Below, one piece after another: positions 53,897 through 62,669 of a stretch of 64,000 nucleotides of DNA (positions within the stretch are counted from its first letter, which is position 1; each line of letters begins with the position of its first letter). Source of the stretch: Candidatus Micrarchaeaceae archaeon. GTDB taxonomy: Archaea > Micrarchaeota > Micrarchaeia > Micrarchaeales > CABMGC01. The DNA is taken from the NCBI GenBank assembly GCA_038878295.1, contig JAVZVY010000001.1:42163-106162 (forward strand), written 5' to 3'. A program made the translations under genes and the position numbers. The notes under the pieces were generated by a model, which saw only the letters and a program-made list of their open reading frames with translations, was not told where the DNA came from and did not search any database.

Positions 53897-54875
53897 TTAG
53901 CCACCCCATGTCAAACTGGTCGACCCTATAGCGCTGCTGGATATTGCACTCTCGCAACGGCGTTGAATAGCCTTTTGCAAGCATCTTCTCTGCCACGTAT
54001 GCAATCATCGCACCGTTGTCTGCGTTGAACTCGTCGCTTGCGTAGCCGAACTTTATATTGTGCGATTTTGCCATCATCGAAAGCATTTCCTTAAGGCGCT
54101 TGCTCTGAGCCACGCCGCCACAGACACAAAGCTCCTTGGAATTCGTCAGCATGAGAGCTCTTTCGGTTGCTTCGCTCAGCATCGAGAATGCGGTTTCCTG
54201 TATGGAGAAGCACAAATCCTTGGGGCTTTCCGTGCCTATCATGCTCGTGGCTTTTGTGAGCAGGCCCGTGAATGAGAAGTCCATTCCTTTTACAGTATAC
54301 GGCAGCTTCACGAAATTGCCGCCTTCTGCCATCGCTGCGACACTTGAGCCCCATGCGGGATTAAGTTTCAGGGCCCGCGCAAACGAGTCAAGCATATTGC
54401 CAACGCCTATATCGAAAGTTTCGCCGAGCACATGATAGCGCATTTGCCTGCCTTTCAAGAGCTTGAGTATTTGGGAGTTGCCGCCACTTACGTAAAGCGC
54501 AATAGGGTCTTTAAGCTTTGCTTCGTGCTTCGCTATTTCTATGTGAGCTACGCCATGATTCACAGCTGCAATTTCAACATCCAGAGAAGCTGCAAGTGTT
54601 TTAGCTGCGAGCTCGCCGACTTGAAGGCAGGGCCCTATCCCTGGGCCTTTTGTGTAACCTATTCCTTCGACGTCACGCACACTTATTCCGGCTTTTTCGA
54701 GAGCGCTCGCTATCACGCGCTTTACGCTCTTTGCATGGAACTCAGCAACCTTTGCAGGGATAATGCCGGAGGAGCCTATTTTATACATTGCCTTTTCGTT
54801 TGCTAGTATCTTCCCGTTCCTTACCAGCCCAACGCCAATCGTGTGCGCACTGCTTTCTATTCCCAAAACAAGCAT
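53889..54875 (-). CDS. kae1: tRNA N6-adenosine threonylcarbamoyltransferase Kae1
   Basis: 328 aa. LGIESSAHTIGVG, AVNHGVAHIE, VSGGNSQ and CGGVAQS motifs. Confidence 0.93.
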   Translation of the reverse strand: MLVLGIESSAHTIGVGLVRNGKILANEKAMYKIGSSGIIPAKVAEFHAKSVKRVIASALEKAGISVRDVEGIGYTKGPGIGPCLQVGELAAKTLAASLDVEIAAVNHGVAHIEIAKHEAKLKDPIALYVSGGNSQILKLLKGRQMRYHVLGETFDIGVGNMLDSFARALKLNPAWGSSVAAMAEGGNFVKLPYTVKGMDFSFTGLLTKATSMIGTESPKDLCFSIQETAFSMLSEATERALMLTNSKELCVCGGVAQSKRLKEMLSMMAKSHNIKFGYASDEFNADNGAMIAYVAEKMLAKGYSTPLRECNIQQRYRVDQFDMGWLNA

Positions 54876-54883
54876 TCAACCAG

Positions 54884-55993
54884 CTAGTCTCTTACCATAA
54901 AGTCGTCAAGCTTGTCCTTGAGCCTCTCCTTGGCCTTTCTGTGTTTCTCAAGGAACTGATTTATACGCTTTGCGAGGTCTTCTTTGTGTTCTCCAGCAAG
55001 CATCGTTCCATTTCTTTCAGCCTCGAAAATCGCTGCAAGCTTTTTGTCGTCAGGCTCAAAGAGGAAGTTGTAATACTGGCATACGACGCATTTCTCAGGG
55101 TCGCCGCCGTATTTCCTCTGCAGCTCGGCCGTAGCCTGCTGCCCAGTAAAGGCTTTGTGCACCTTTCTCTCAACCACTTCTTCGGAGTCAACTAGATAGA
55201 TTGTATCATCAGGATTGCTTGCAGACATCTTGGATGCGCCGCTGAGGGCAGGCAGAAACTTGGCGTGCATTATTGCTGGCTTGTAGTAGCCCAGCTTAAC
55301 GATTGCATCTCTAGCGAGCCTGAAGTGCACGTCCTGGTCCACGCCAAGTGGAATTAAGCACGGCACGTTGTGGCCTTCCTCTACGGACTTAAGGAATGCT
55401 GGTACAGCCTGCATGCTCGTGTAAAATATAGAACCTATGTTTGCCTGGTTTGTAAAACCGAATGCGTCTTTTATCTGCGAGAAGGTGATGTGTTTAGCAA
55501 CACGCACGGCCTGTCGGTAGAGAGTCTTTCCGTATTCTGTATCTAGAAAAATTTTCGTCTTTTTAGGTTTCATACCCAAAGCAGCTATGTCAAGCGCGTC
55601 TTCGTATGCGAGTTTGCTGACTTCTTCGAAAGATTTGTTGCGCACAAGTGCTTTTTCTTCATCAGGGATCTGTATGTACAGCTCTACGTCAAATTTCTCC
55701 TGAAGCCACTGTACTAACACAAATGGAATCAACTGGCCTATTGTCATAGGTCCTGACGGCGCTATGCCAGTATACAAATAAAATTTGTTGCCCTTTTCGT
55801 ATTCGTCAAGTAGCCAGTTCAAATCTCTATGCGCGTAGAATATCCTACGCCTTATCATGAAGTGCACTTCGCCAGCAATTTTCTGGATCCTTTTCTCTAG
55901 GCTCTCGTCTATCAGAGATATTCCGAACGTCTTTGCAAGCTCTATGTAGTCTATCTTACCTTCTACTTTGTACGGAGTGACGCTGCCTGGCAT
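54884..55993 (-). CDS. trpS: Tryptophan--tRNA ligase (archaeal/eukaryotic type)
   Basis: 369 aa. FYLYTGIAPSGPMTIGQLIPF (the HIGH position reads TIGQ), PLGVDQDVHFRLARD, KMSAS, AFTGQQATAELQRKYGGDPEKCV. Confidence 0.88.
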   Translation of the reverse strand: MPGSVTPYKVEGKIDYIELAKTFGISLIDESLEKRIQKIAGEVHFMIRRRIFYAHRDLNWLLDEYEKGNKFYLYTGIAPSGPMTIGQLIPFVLVQWLQEKFDVELYIQIPDEEKALVRNKSFEEVSKLAYEDALDIAALGMKPKKTKIFLDTEYGKTLYRQAVRVAKHITFSQIKDAFGFTNQANIGSIFYTSMQAVPAFLKSVEEGHNVPCLIPLGVDQDVHFRLARDAIVKLGYYKPAIMHAKFLPALSGASKMSASNPDDTIYLVDSEEVVERKVHKAFTGQQATAELQRKYGGDPEKCVVCQYYNFLFEPDDKKLAAIFEAERNGTMLAGEHKEDLAKRINQFLEKHRKAKERLKDKLDDFMVRD

Positions 55994-56070
55994 AAAAGCA
56001 CCAAAAATGGCTAAAAGTATATTTGAGGAAAGATATTAATTACTTCACTGCAACTTATAAGCGTGAATGA

Positions 56071-56322
56071 ATGAAGGTAAAAAGAAGAAATGGAAAGGTG
56101 GAGGACTTCATCAGGGAGAAGATAGTAGTTGCAGTGGTAAAAGCAGGGGGAAACATAAACATGGCAAGAACCATAGCAAATGAGATAGAATCAGAACTTA
56201 AAAATAAAGATACGGTAACAACCGAAGAGATAAGGAGCGCGGTCCTTGGCAAGCTCGAGACGCGCGACCCGAAGACATACGACAGCTGGATTAAATTCGA
56301 CAAGGAAAGGAAGGGCAAATAG
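56071..56322 (+). CDS. Stand-alone ATP-cone domain protein
   Basis: 83 aa. MKVKRRNGKVEDFIREKI...TTEEIRSAVLGKLETRDPKTYDSW fits the ATP-cone pattern. Confidence 0.75.
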   Translation: MKVKRRNGKVEDFIREKIVVAVVKAGGNINMARTIANEIESELKNKDTVTTEEIRSAVLGKLETRDPKTYDSWIKFDKERKGK

Positions 56323-56389
56323 ATGTTGCATTTGCTGCGACAAACTATCGGTAGCATTAGAATTTTTGCCGTAAATATGAGTTTATTGT

Positions 56390-56713
56390 ATGTACAAAAG
56401 CAGGCAGATTATAGATTCTATAGCAGCGGAACGCATCGATCGACTATTTGAACTAGCCGAAAAAAGGACGTTGATGAATGATGCAGGGTCTAAAAGCCTC
56501 GCTAAGAGGTATGTAAAGCTTCTGAGGCTGATCAGCGCTCACTACAGAATTTCTATTCCTAAAAGAATAAAGGAGAGAATCTGCAAGAGCTGCAATTCGG
56601 TAATGATTCCTGGCCTGAATTGCACTGTGCGGCTTGCAAGCTCTGGAAAATGCGCGATATACAAATGTGAATGTGGCGCAGAAAAAAGGGTATTCTATTC
56701 AAAAAGCGCCTAA
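56390..56713 (+). CDS. rnp4: RNase P protein component 4 (Rpp21/Rpr2)
   Basis: 107 aa. ERIDRLFELAE, YVKLLRLISAHYRISIPKRIKERICKSCNSVMIPG..CECG zinc ribbon. Confidence 0.82.
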   Translation: MYKSRQIIDSIAAERIDRLFELAEKRTLMNDAGSKSLAKRYVKLLRLISAHYRISIPKRIKERICKSCNSVMIPGLNCTVRLASSGKCAIYKCECGAEKRVFYSKSA

Positions 56714-57220
56714 TGATTCGAGTATTTTGTTCGCAAGGGCGTCGGCGTTTTTCGGGTCGCCACTAGTAAATATGTTGCCATCAGCCTCGACCGCGTTTGT
56801 GGAGCCTATGCCCCTGTAGAGGCGCACAAGCCTCTGCGATTCTTCATCGCTTGGCATTGAAATACGCTTATTTGAGATTATGTTTGCCCTTGCTATAATC
56901 TTTATGGCATTGCCTATCGCGGCTATCTTCTTGCCATTAATTTCGAAGAGCTTAACAATGTCAAGGAAGGGTCTGAATTCGAAAAGCTTGTATGTATCTA
57001 CGCCTATGCCATCGAAGAGGACCATAGCATCGTATTCTTCGGGATCCAGCTTCGCGGCATTGATGTCAGGCTTGTAAACAGCACCGTGATAGCCTATACA
57101 ATCGTGAGATGTGAAGCTAGATATTACAGTTTCAGCGTTCCATTTTTCAAGAAGGCTCTTGACCTTTGAGACGCTTTCGTCCCTGAAGTCCTTTGGTGGT
57201 ATAACCAAAGCTATGCGCAT
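56699..57220 (-). CDS. DJ-1/PfpI-fold protein lacking the nucleophile Cys
   Basis: 173 aa. Fold pattern MRIALVIPPKDFRDES...YDAMVLFDGIG. At the nucleophile elbow it reads KKIAAIGNAI where the family has AAICHG. Confidence 0.6.
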   Translation of the reverse strand: MRIALVIPPKDFRDESVSKVKSLLEKWNAETVISSFTSHDCIGYHGAVYKPDINAAKLDPEEYDAMVLFDGIGVDTYKLFEFRPFLDIVKLFEINGKKIAAIGNAIKIIARANIISNKRISMPSDEESQRLVRLYRGIGSTNAVEADGNIFTSGDPKNADALANKILESLGAF

Positions 57221-57305
57221 GCAATCAAAATAACTATGATATAAAAAGATAAAATTCTATCCATTGCGTAGGCGCTAGCCTGCGGCATGCGCTTGTAGCA
57301 TTTGC

Positions 57306-57575
57306 TTATATCCCTTCTTTTAGAGAGGTTTCGTAAATAGGCAAACGCGATTTTGGTTTGCCGTAGCGCAGATCGAGTATGCCGAGAAACACCTGCATTG
57401 CTATAAGCAAAAAGAAGATTGCAACAAACATGTTTGCGTTGAATTTGAAGCCAAGCGACGGCAAGAGCACAAAAACTATGAAGACTGCAAATGCTGCGAC
57501 CATGAGCTTCCTGAATGCACTCGTACATTTGCTTGGATTTGGCTGGACAGTACTTTTGGGATAGTCGTAAGACAT
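57306..57575 (-). CDS. Small two-TM membrane protein (89 aa)
   Basis: Helices LMVAAFAVFIVFVLLPSLGF and MFVAIFFLLIAMQVFLGIL. Confidence 0.4.
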   Translation of the reverse strand: MSYDYPKSTVQPNPSKCTSAFRKLMVAAFAVFIVFVLLPSLGFKFNANMFVAIFFLLIAMQVFLGILDLRYGKPKSRLPIYETSLKEGI

Positions 57576-57579
57576 AAAG

Positions 57580-57861
57580 TTACCTTTGCATTTTGTATGT
57601 TATGTGGCCTTTTGCTATGCAGATTTCGGAATCAACAATTTTGCTGAGGCTGCTTTTAAGCTTTGAAAGCTTGCCCTCGTCAAAGCTGGTTGCAACGACA
57701 AACCCGTATTCGCCGCTTGTCAGAAGAACGCGGTTAACGCCCTTACGCATCGCGAGCGCCTTCGCTATGCTATCAGCATCGGAAAGCGCACGAGGCTTGA
57801 GAAGGAGCAGACTTTCAGCTTTGTTATATCGGAGCACGCTATATTTGCCCTGTTGTTTCAT
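57580..57861 (-). CDS. Small RAM/ACT-like (Lrp C-terminal-like) protein
   Basis: 93 aa. GVNRVLLTSGEYGFVVATSF resembles the Lrp/AsnC ligand-binding-domain pattern. Weak. Confidence 0.35.
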   Translation of the reverse strand: MKQQGKYSVLRYNKAESLLLLKPRALSDADSIAKALAMRKGVNRVLLTSGEYGFVVATSFDEGKLSKLKSSLSKIVDSEICIAKGHITYKMQR

Positions 57862-57901
57862 TTCCCCACCAACCTCTCTGCTGTTTTGCGCTGGCCTCTA
57901 C

Positions 57902-58197
57902 GAATAGGGATGGAAATAAGATGAGCATTATTGCGCGCGGTCCTACCAGTATTAGGCGTAGAGATAGGGCACTGCGCGCATTTGGGAGTGTGGATTTCAC
58001 AAAATTAGCAGAATGCTTCAAAATAGAATAGGGATTAAGACTAGCAGGCATGGGAATGGGGCCGTGCATAGAATATGCCCAATTCATTAGAAGCACCAAA
58101 ATTGTAAAAGGTAATGCATGGGGCAATTAAATAAAAACCTATGAAGTTGCAGAAAATTATAGCAACAAACCTAAAAAAAGCAGGGCTAGAATAGGGA
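57902..58197 (+). repeat. Three dispersed copies of GAATAGGGA in an ORF-poor region
   Basis: Exact 9-mers at 57902-57910, 58026-58034 and 58189-58197. Two copies are extended as AGAATAGGGA. Each contains an in-frame TAG ending a short plus-strand ORF. Confidence 0.5.
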
Positions 58198-58277
58198 GGT
58201 TTGTCGTCGATAGTATTGTAAAAAGAATTAAGCGCAGCATTTAAAAAGCTGAATTGAAATTTCCGTGTAGTGATATT

Positions 58278-58436
58278 ATGAAAATATTGCAAAACAAGGA
58301 TAAGACTGTGCTTGTGGCAAGCGGTAAGGACACCAATTGCCCGCGTGCAGTTGTTAGTAGAGCAACTGTAAAGTTTGCAGACGACTACCATGGAAGGATA
58401 AAAGTAAGTAAGAAACTTGCATCAATGCTCTTCTGA
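58278..58436 (+). CDS. Possible 52-aa AbrB/SpoVT-like small protein
   Basis: MKILQNKDKTVLVASGKDTNCPRAVVSRATVKFADDYHGRIKVSKKLASMLF. The GRIKVSKKLASML tail resembles the swapped-hairpin motif. Overlaps the convergent regulator gene by 15 nt. Weak. Confidence 0.25.
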   Translation: MKILQNKDKTVLVASGKDTNCPRAVVSRATVKFADDYHGRIKVSKKLASMLF

Positions 58437-59585
58437 TTCAACGTAGTTTGGCCTTTCTTCTATTTTTCCTTCTTTTCTGTCGAATCTTGGCACTAGGTTC
58501 TTTGCCTGCAGAATTTGATACTGCAGAGAATATCTCATATCGAAATTTCTCACGCCTAATGCGCCAATTAAAGTTTTTGTGATTAAGGTATGGCTGATCT
58601 TTGCGCCTTTAAGTTTCTTGCTTAAATTATTTATAAATTGTTCTGCTAGGATCGTATTTTCGAAGTTTGCAAGTATTAAAATGCCGTTTGGGCTTTGTAT
58701 ATCGCAAATGAATAGATACTCAGTGTGTCTATCTGGATTTTTTACCAGATCCAAAAACCACTTATCGCGAGATTCAAAAAAGCGTAAATTATTAGTAATT
58801 GTTATCATAATCATACTTGTCACCACATTTCTGGGCTTCGTTTCATAATATGAAATCCTTTCAAGCATGCCCGTCTTCTCAAGCCTGTCTAATGTGTATG
58901 TTATGCCTTCTGGTTTTATCTTGACTAGCCTAGCAATATCTGCAAACTCCCTTCTACCATCTTGATTCAAATACAATAAAACTTTTCTGTATGTTTCTGA
59001 GATGTTGAATTTTTCTATGAGCTCGTTTCTCAGCGGGAAGAAGCCAAAGGTTCGTTCAATTCTGGTGATATAGACCAACCTTTCTTCTTTAAGCTGACTG
59101 AGGACTTTTACTATATAACGGTCTAGTTCTACAAAATTTCTTGAAACGGCATACATCATCAGATCGTATTCCCCAATTAGCTTTGCAACAAACTGCGGTA
59201 TGTACGAATCGCCAATTGCTTTTAGTATCTCTTCGTCGCTTGACTTTTTGCCCAGGAACTTTATGAATATCACGTATTCCTCGAAACCTATCACGTCGGG
59301 AAACTTGTCTATTATGTTTTCCCTTATGCCCGTCTTTGTCGATTCGTGGGCCATGAGCTTCACAAGCTCGTACTTCCAGATATTCTCGACGTTTATCTCT
59401 GGCACGAATTTTATGCCGTATTCTTCTACCATTTCATGGAAATACTTGTATGCGACGTACTTTCCAACACCAACTTTCTTGCCCAGCTCTGAGAAGGTGA
59501 GCCTTGCGTTGATGCTCAGCGCCCTAAGCATTCTGAGCTTCAGCTTCTCAACTTCATCCTTGCTCAACATTGGCGACTTGGGCAT
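58422..59585 (-). CDS. Tandem (fused double) Lrp/AsnC-like transcriptional regulator
   Basis: 387 aa. HTH 1 is LRMLRALSINARLTFSELGKKVGVGKYVAYKYF with RAM-like IGEYDLMMYAV. HTH 2 is KVLLYLNQDGRREFADIARLVKIKPEGITYTLDRLEKTGML with a second C-terminal domain. Confidence 0.7.
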   Translation of the reverse strand: MPKSPMLSKDEVEKLKLRMLRALSINARLTFSELGKKVGVGKYVAYKYFHEMVEEYGIKFVPEINVENIWKYELVKLMAHESTKTGIRENIIDKFPDVIGFEEYVIFIKFLGKKSSDEEILKAIGDSYIPQFVAKLIGEYDLMMYAVSRNFVELDRYIVKVLSQLKEERLVYITRIERTFGFFPLRNELIEKFNISETYRKVLLYLNQDGRREFADIARLVKIKPEGITYTLDRLEKTGMLERISYYETKPRNVVTSMIMITITNNLRFFESRDKWFLDLVKNPDRHTEYLFICDIQSPNGILILANFENTILAEQFINNLSKKLKGAKISHTLITKTLIGALGVRNFDMRYSLQYQILQAKNLVPRFDRKEGKIEERPNYVESEEH

Positions 59586-59630
59586 TGAATCAGACCTCTA
59601 TCGAATGATAGTGCTAAATAGTTTGCGCTG

Positions 59631-61622
59631 CTATTGAGGCTTTATACCGCTGCTCCTGAAGTGTCTCTTCGAAGCAAAGTATGCTATTGCTATTATTATT
59701 ATCACGGCGAGTATCTCTGCAATGTTGTACGCTGAGAATACTGTTATTGTTGCAGATGTAGCACCAGCAGAAGTCGCAATAGGGTAGTCTATGCCTAGAT
59801 ACTTTGCATAGCCCTTTGAATAGCCGTATGGCACATTCTCAACTGTTGCGACGCCACTGCTGTTCGTTGTCAGCGTTTCTATGCTGTAGTTGGAGAACTG
59901 CAGAGTCACGTTTGTGCTTATCGGGCTTCCAAATGCATCATGCACAACTATGGTTATTGGATATACGGGCAGCTGGACCTGAATGGTAGACGGCGCAGAA
60001 GCAGTGAACTGCTGGCTTAGCGGTATCTGCACGCCATTATAATATGCGCCAGTTATCTCATAACTTTCATTTGATGAAACAAATACTTTGCTTCCTGTTT
60101 CCTTGCCGTTGATATAAAAGCGGCTCACGCTTATCGGGTTGCCGCCTGCGTTTGCAGCCGTAAGCGAAACCAGAACCTGCTTGCTGAATATGGCTTCTAT
60201 GCTTACCGGCGACTCGACAACCAGGTGTATTGTGGGGCTGTCGTTGCCATTGTTCCAGCCAACGAATGCATATCTTTCTGTGCCTGACACATTTTCGATA
60301 GTCTTCATTGGATAGAGGGTTATGAGCGTGCCGGTATTGTACCAGCCTGAGCCATACGTTCCTATGTATTGATACGAGGATGTGGCGTTTACGTAAAATT
60401 CATGTTGCCATATGGCCTCCAGTGTTGTCGGGCCTGTTATCTTTATTATGCCTGTAGCATTGGCATTGCCGTTGCTCCATCCTGCAAATACGAACCTGGA
60501 TGTTGCATTCTGATATACTGTCGTTGATTTTGTGCCATATTGGAGGATGGTTCCGTTGTTGTACCAGCCGCTTCCAGTGGTATTGCTATAAGCAGAAGAG
60601 ACATTCAGGTAGTATTGGGTAGCCCATTCCGCTTCTTCTGTTATGTTGCTGTCAAGTGATATTGTTGTTGTGTTTGCCGGGCCTGTATACGAGCCGTAGC
60701 CTGTGCCTACCCAACCAAGGAATAGCGCCCTCTTGCCGTTGCTTATCTGGACAACGCTAGGAGCCGATATCTGCACTTGCGAGTAAGCAGCGTACTCAAC
60801 TGTGCCGGATATGTTTCCGTATTGCGAAATCGTGCGCAACGCGTAGCCGAGAGACCAAAGCAGAGTACCGTTCTCTGGCTGAGGCAGGCCGCTGCCAACC
60901 TCGAAATAATTTATTCTATTGTCTACCTCCTTGACGCCGTATGGGTTTTTAAGCATTTTTTCGCTGCCAACCCCGTATCCTACGTAAGCGTAGCCTTTTG
61001 AAACGCTCATGAAGCGGCCATCTTTGTAAGCGGAGAAATTTGAAAAAAGAACGGGATTGACTTGCACAGATGATGTGCTCGTATTAGCGACTTCCGCAAA
61101 TGCTACTGGAGAGAGGCTGCCTGATGAAGATGCACCCAGATCTGCGCTTCCCACAACCTTTCCGTTAAACAAAAAGTACCAGGTGTTGCCTATGGAATAG
61201 AAAGAGTAAGTGTTAAATGTGCCGTTTGTGCCAGCGGAATTGTCAGGTCCTAATGCCCCAAGAAAGCCGCCATTGTAGTTTGGCGGGAAATATTCATAAA
61301 ACCATTCAGCGTCGCCTGCATTGATATATTCGTGACTCGAGCACCCTGACTGCGTGCAGAGCGACGGGTAATATCCTGATTGGTTTTCTATTACGTAGCC
61401 CGCCTGCAGGAACGCGCCGTTCTGTATCGTTTCGCCAACCCAAAAGCCTAGCGAACCGCTTGCGGGGATTGGCTGCTTTACTGTCTGTATAGTTATGCTT
61501 GCGCCGTTGTTTTGCGCTGCGGCGCTTCCAGCTCGAGCTCCGGTCTGGAACCAATACTGTGCGTTTGCAGTAGCAGCAAGCATAAGGATCGAGACCGCAA
61601 TGAATAAGCTATATTTTCTCAT
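59631..61622 (-). CDS. Secreted, C-terminally anchored surface glycoprotein with three F-x-GW beta-repeat modules
   Basis: 663 aa. Signal peptide MRKYSLFIAVSILMLAATANA. C-terminal TM ILAVIIIIAIAYFA plus a basic tail. Repeats LFLGWVGTGYGSY, FVFAGWSNGNANA, YAFVGWNNGNDSP. About 20 sequons. Confidence 0.65.
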   Translation of the reverse strand: MRKYSLFIAVSILMLAATANAQYWFQTGARAGSAAAQNNGASITIQTVKQPIPASGSLGFWVGETIQNGAFLQAGYVIENQSGYYPSLCTQSGCSSHEYINAGDAEWFYEYFPPNYNGGFLGALGPDNSAGTNGTFNTYSFYSIGNTWYFLFNGKVVGSADLGASSSGSLSPVAFAEVANTSTSSVQVNPVLFSNFSAYKDGRFMSVSKGYAYVGYGVGSEKMLKNPYGVKEVDNRINYFEVGSGLPQPENGTLLWSLGYALRTISQYGNISGTVEYAAYSQVQISAPSVVQISNGKRALFLGWVGTGYGSYTGPANTTTISLDSNITEEAEWATQYYLNVSSAYSNTTGSGWYNNGTILQYGTKSTTVYQNATSRFVFAGWSNGNANATGIIKITGPTTLEAIWQHEFYVNATSSYQYIGTYGSGWYNTGTLITLYPMKTIENVSGTERYAFVGWNNGNDSPTIHLVVESPVSIEAIFSKQVLVSLTAANAGGNPISVSRFYINGKETGSKVFVSSNESYEITGAYYNGVQIPLSQQFTASAPSTIQVQLPVYPITIVVHDAFGSPISTNVTLQFSNYSIETLTTNSSGVATVENVPYGYSKGYAKYLGIDYPIATSAGATSATITVFSAYNIAEILAVIIIIAIAYFASKRHFRSSGIKPQ

Positions 61623-62397
61623 AGTCGATACCGAGCTCGTTAAGCTTAACTATTACATTTTCCCTAGCAACAGCATTTATACTTTTCCATTCTATTACGG
61701 CCTTCTCCGGCTTTATGGCAGACCTTTCCATTGCCTGATCAAGTATGCTCAGACCTCCGTCTACTGCGTATTTAGGCATTATGTGTGAAAAGGCGTAGCC
61801 CTTCTCGAGGGCAAGTCTTGTGAACTTGCTTGGATAGTGAGTGCCGCCTATGCCAATTGCCACGCAGCTGTAGTCAAGTAGGCCGTCTTTCAGCACGTTT
61901 ATCGATGAAATTATTGCATCGCCAAGCTTTTCTGCAAGGGCCTTGTCGTTTACTATGTTTTCGTTCCCGCCCAGCTCAACAAACAGCGATGGTATTCTGA
62001 GCAGTGGTCCGTGATGCGTCGCCTCATACGTTGCGCCTATAGATGAGCTTATGCCTGACATTTTCCTAAGCACAGAGAGCATCTGCAGCGGCGCAGCAAA
62101 GGAAAGCTGCCTCGGCATGCCGCCAAGCTTCGCCTCATCGAGCCAGTTGCCAGTTGAATGCGTCGTAAAGGCAGGAATGCCGGCTGCGCTGCTATGCTTG
62201 CTCAGCATGTACAGGATTTCATAGCCGCTGTAGTTAAGTTGCTCAGCAGAAAGAAGAGGGGTACGCAGCTGCACCACTTCGATTTCCCCTTTCTTCCATT
62301 TTGCATTGCCGTATGCAGCGAAGCTACTTTTCTCTATTATCGAATTGGCGATATTCGATGATGCAGCATCTTCCGTTGAAAAAATTATACCTATCAT
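61609..62397 (-). CDS. dtdA: D-aminoacyl-tRNA deacylase, archaeal DtdA type
   Basis: Start at ATG 62397 (MIGIIFSTEDAAS). HSTGNW, EATHHGP and FVELGG motifs. Overlaps the downstream surface-protein gene by 14 nt. Confidence 0.8.
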   Translation of the reverse strand: MIGIIFSTEDAASSNIANSIIEKSSFAAYGNAKWKKGEIEVVQLRTPLLSAEQLNYSGYEILYMLSKHSSAAGIPAFTTHSTGNWLDEAKLGGMPRQLSFAAPLQMLSVLRKMSGISSSIGATYEATHHGPLLRIPSLFVELGGNENIVNDKALAEKLGDAIISSINVLKDGLLDYSCVAIGIGGTHYPSKFTRLALEKGYAFSHIMPKYAVDGGLSILDQAMERSAIKPEKAVIEWKSINAVARENVIVKLNELGIDYEKI

Positions 62398-62669
62398 GTA
62401 ATCCAAGCACTCCAATTGCATTTTTAGATTTTTTATTTTGGTAGGGCTTTGGTATAAACTCTTCGTTTTAGATGGTTTTTACACAGCTTTAATACTTTTT
62501 ACATAAGTCATCAGTTTAATTAAAGGCCGATAACAACTGGTAATCGATGTTGTTTACAATATCAGCCGGCGCATCAAATGTTATGTGTCGGTTTGATAGC
62601 ATTTCTACAGAGCTTAGTATAGCAATTTATATTTGTTTGGCCATTGACTACAGTGTCAAAACAACCTGA

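Noticed and set aside
62508-62513. C-box-like UGAUGA (minus strand) in the 248-bp gap upstream of dtdA, as a possible C/D box sRNA
   Set aside because: No D box (CUGA) or C'/D' pair occurs at appropriate spacing, and no terminal stem is present. Other intergenic gaps (44067-44574, 57862-58277, 63345-63604) likewise lack paired C and D boxes.
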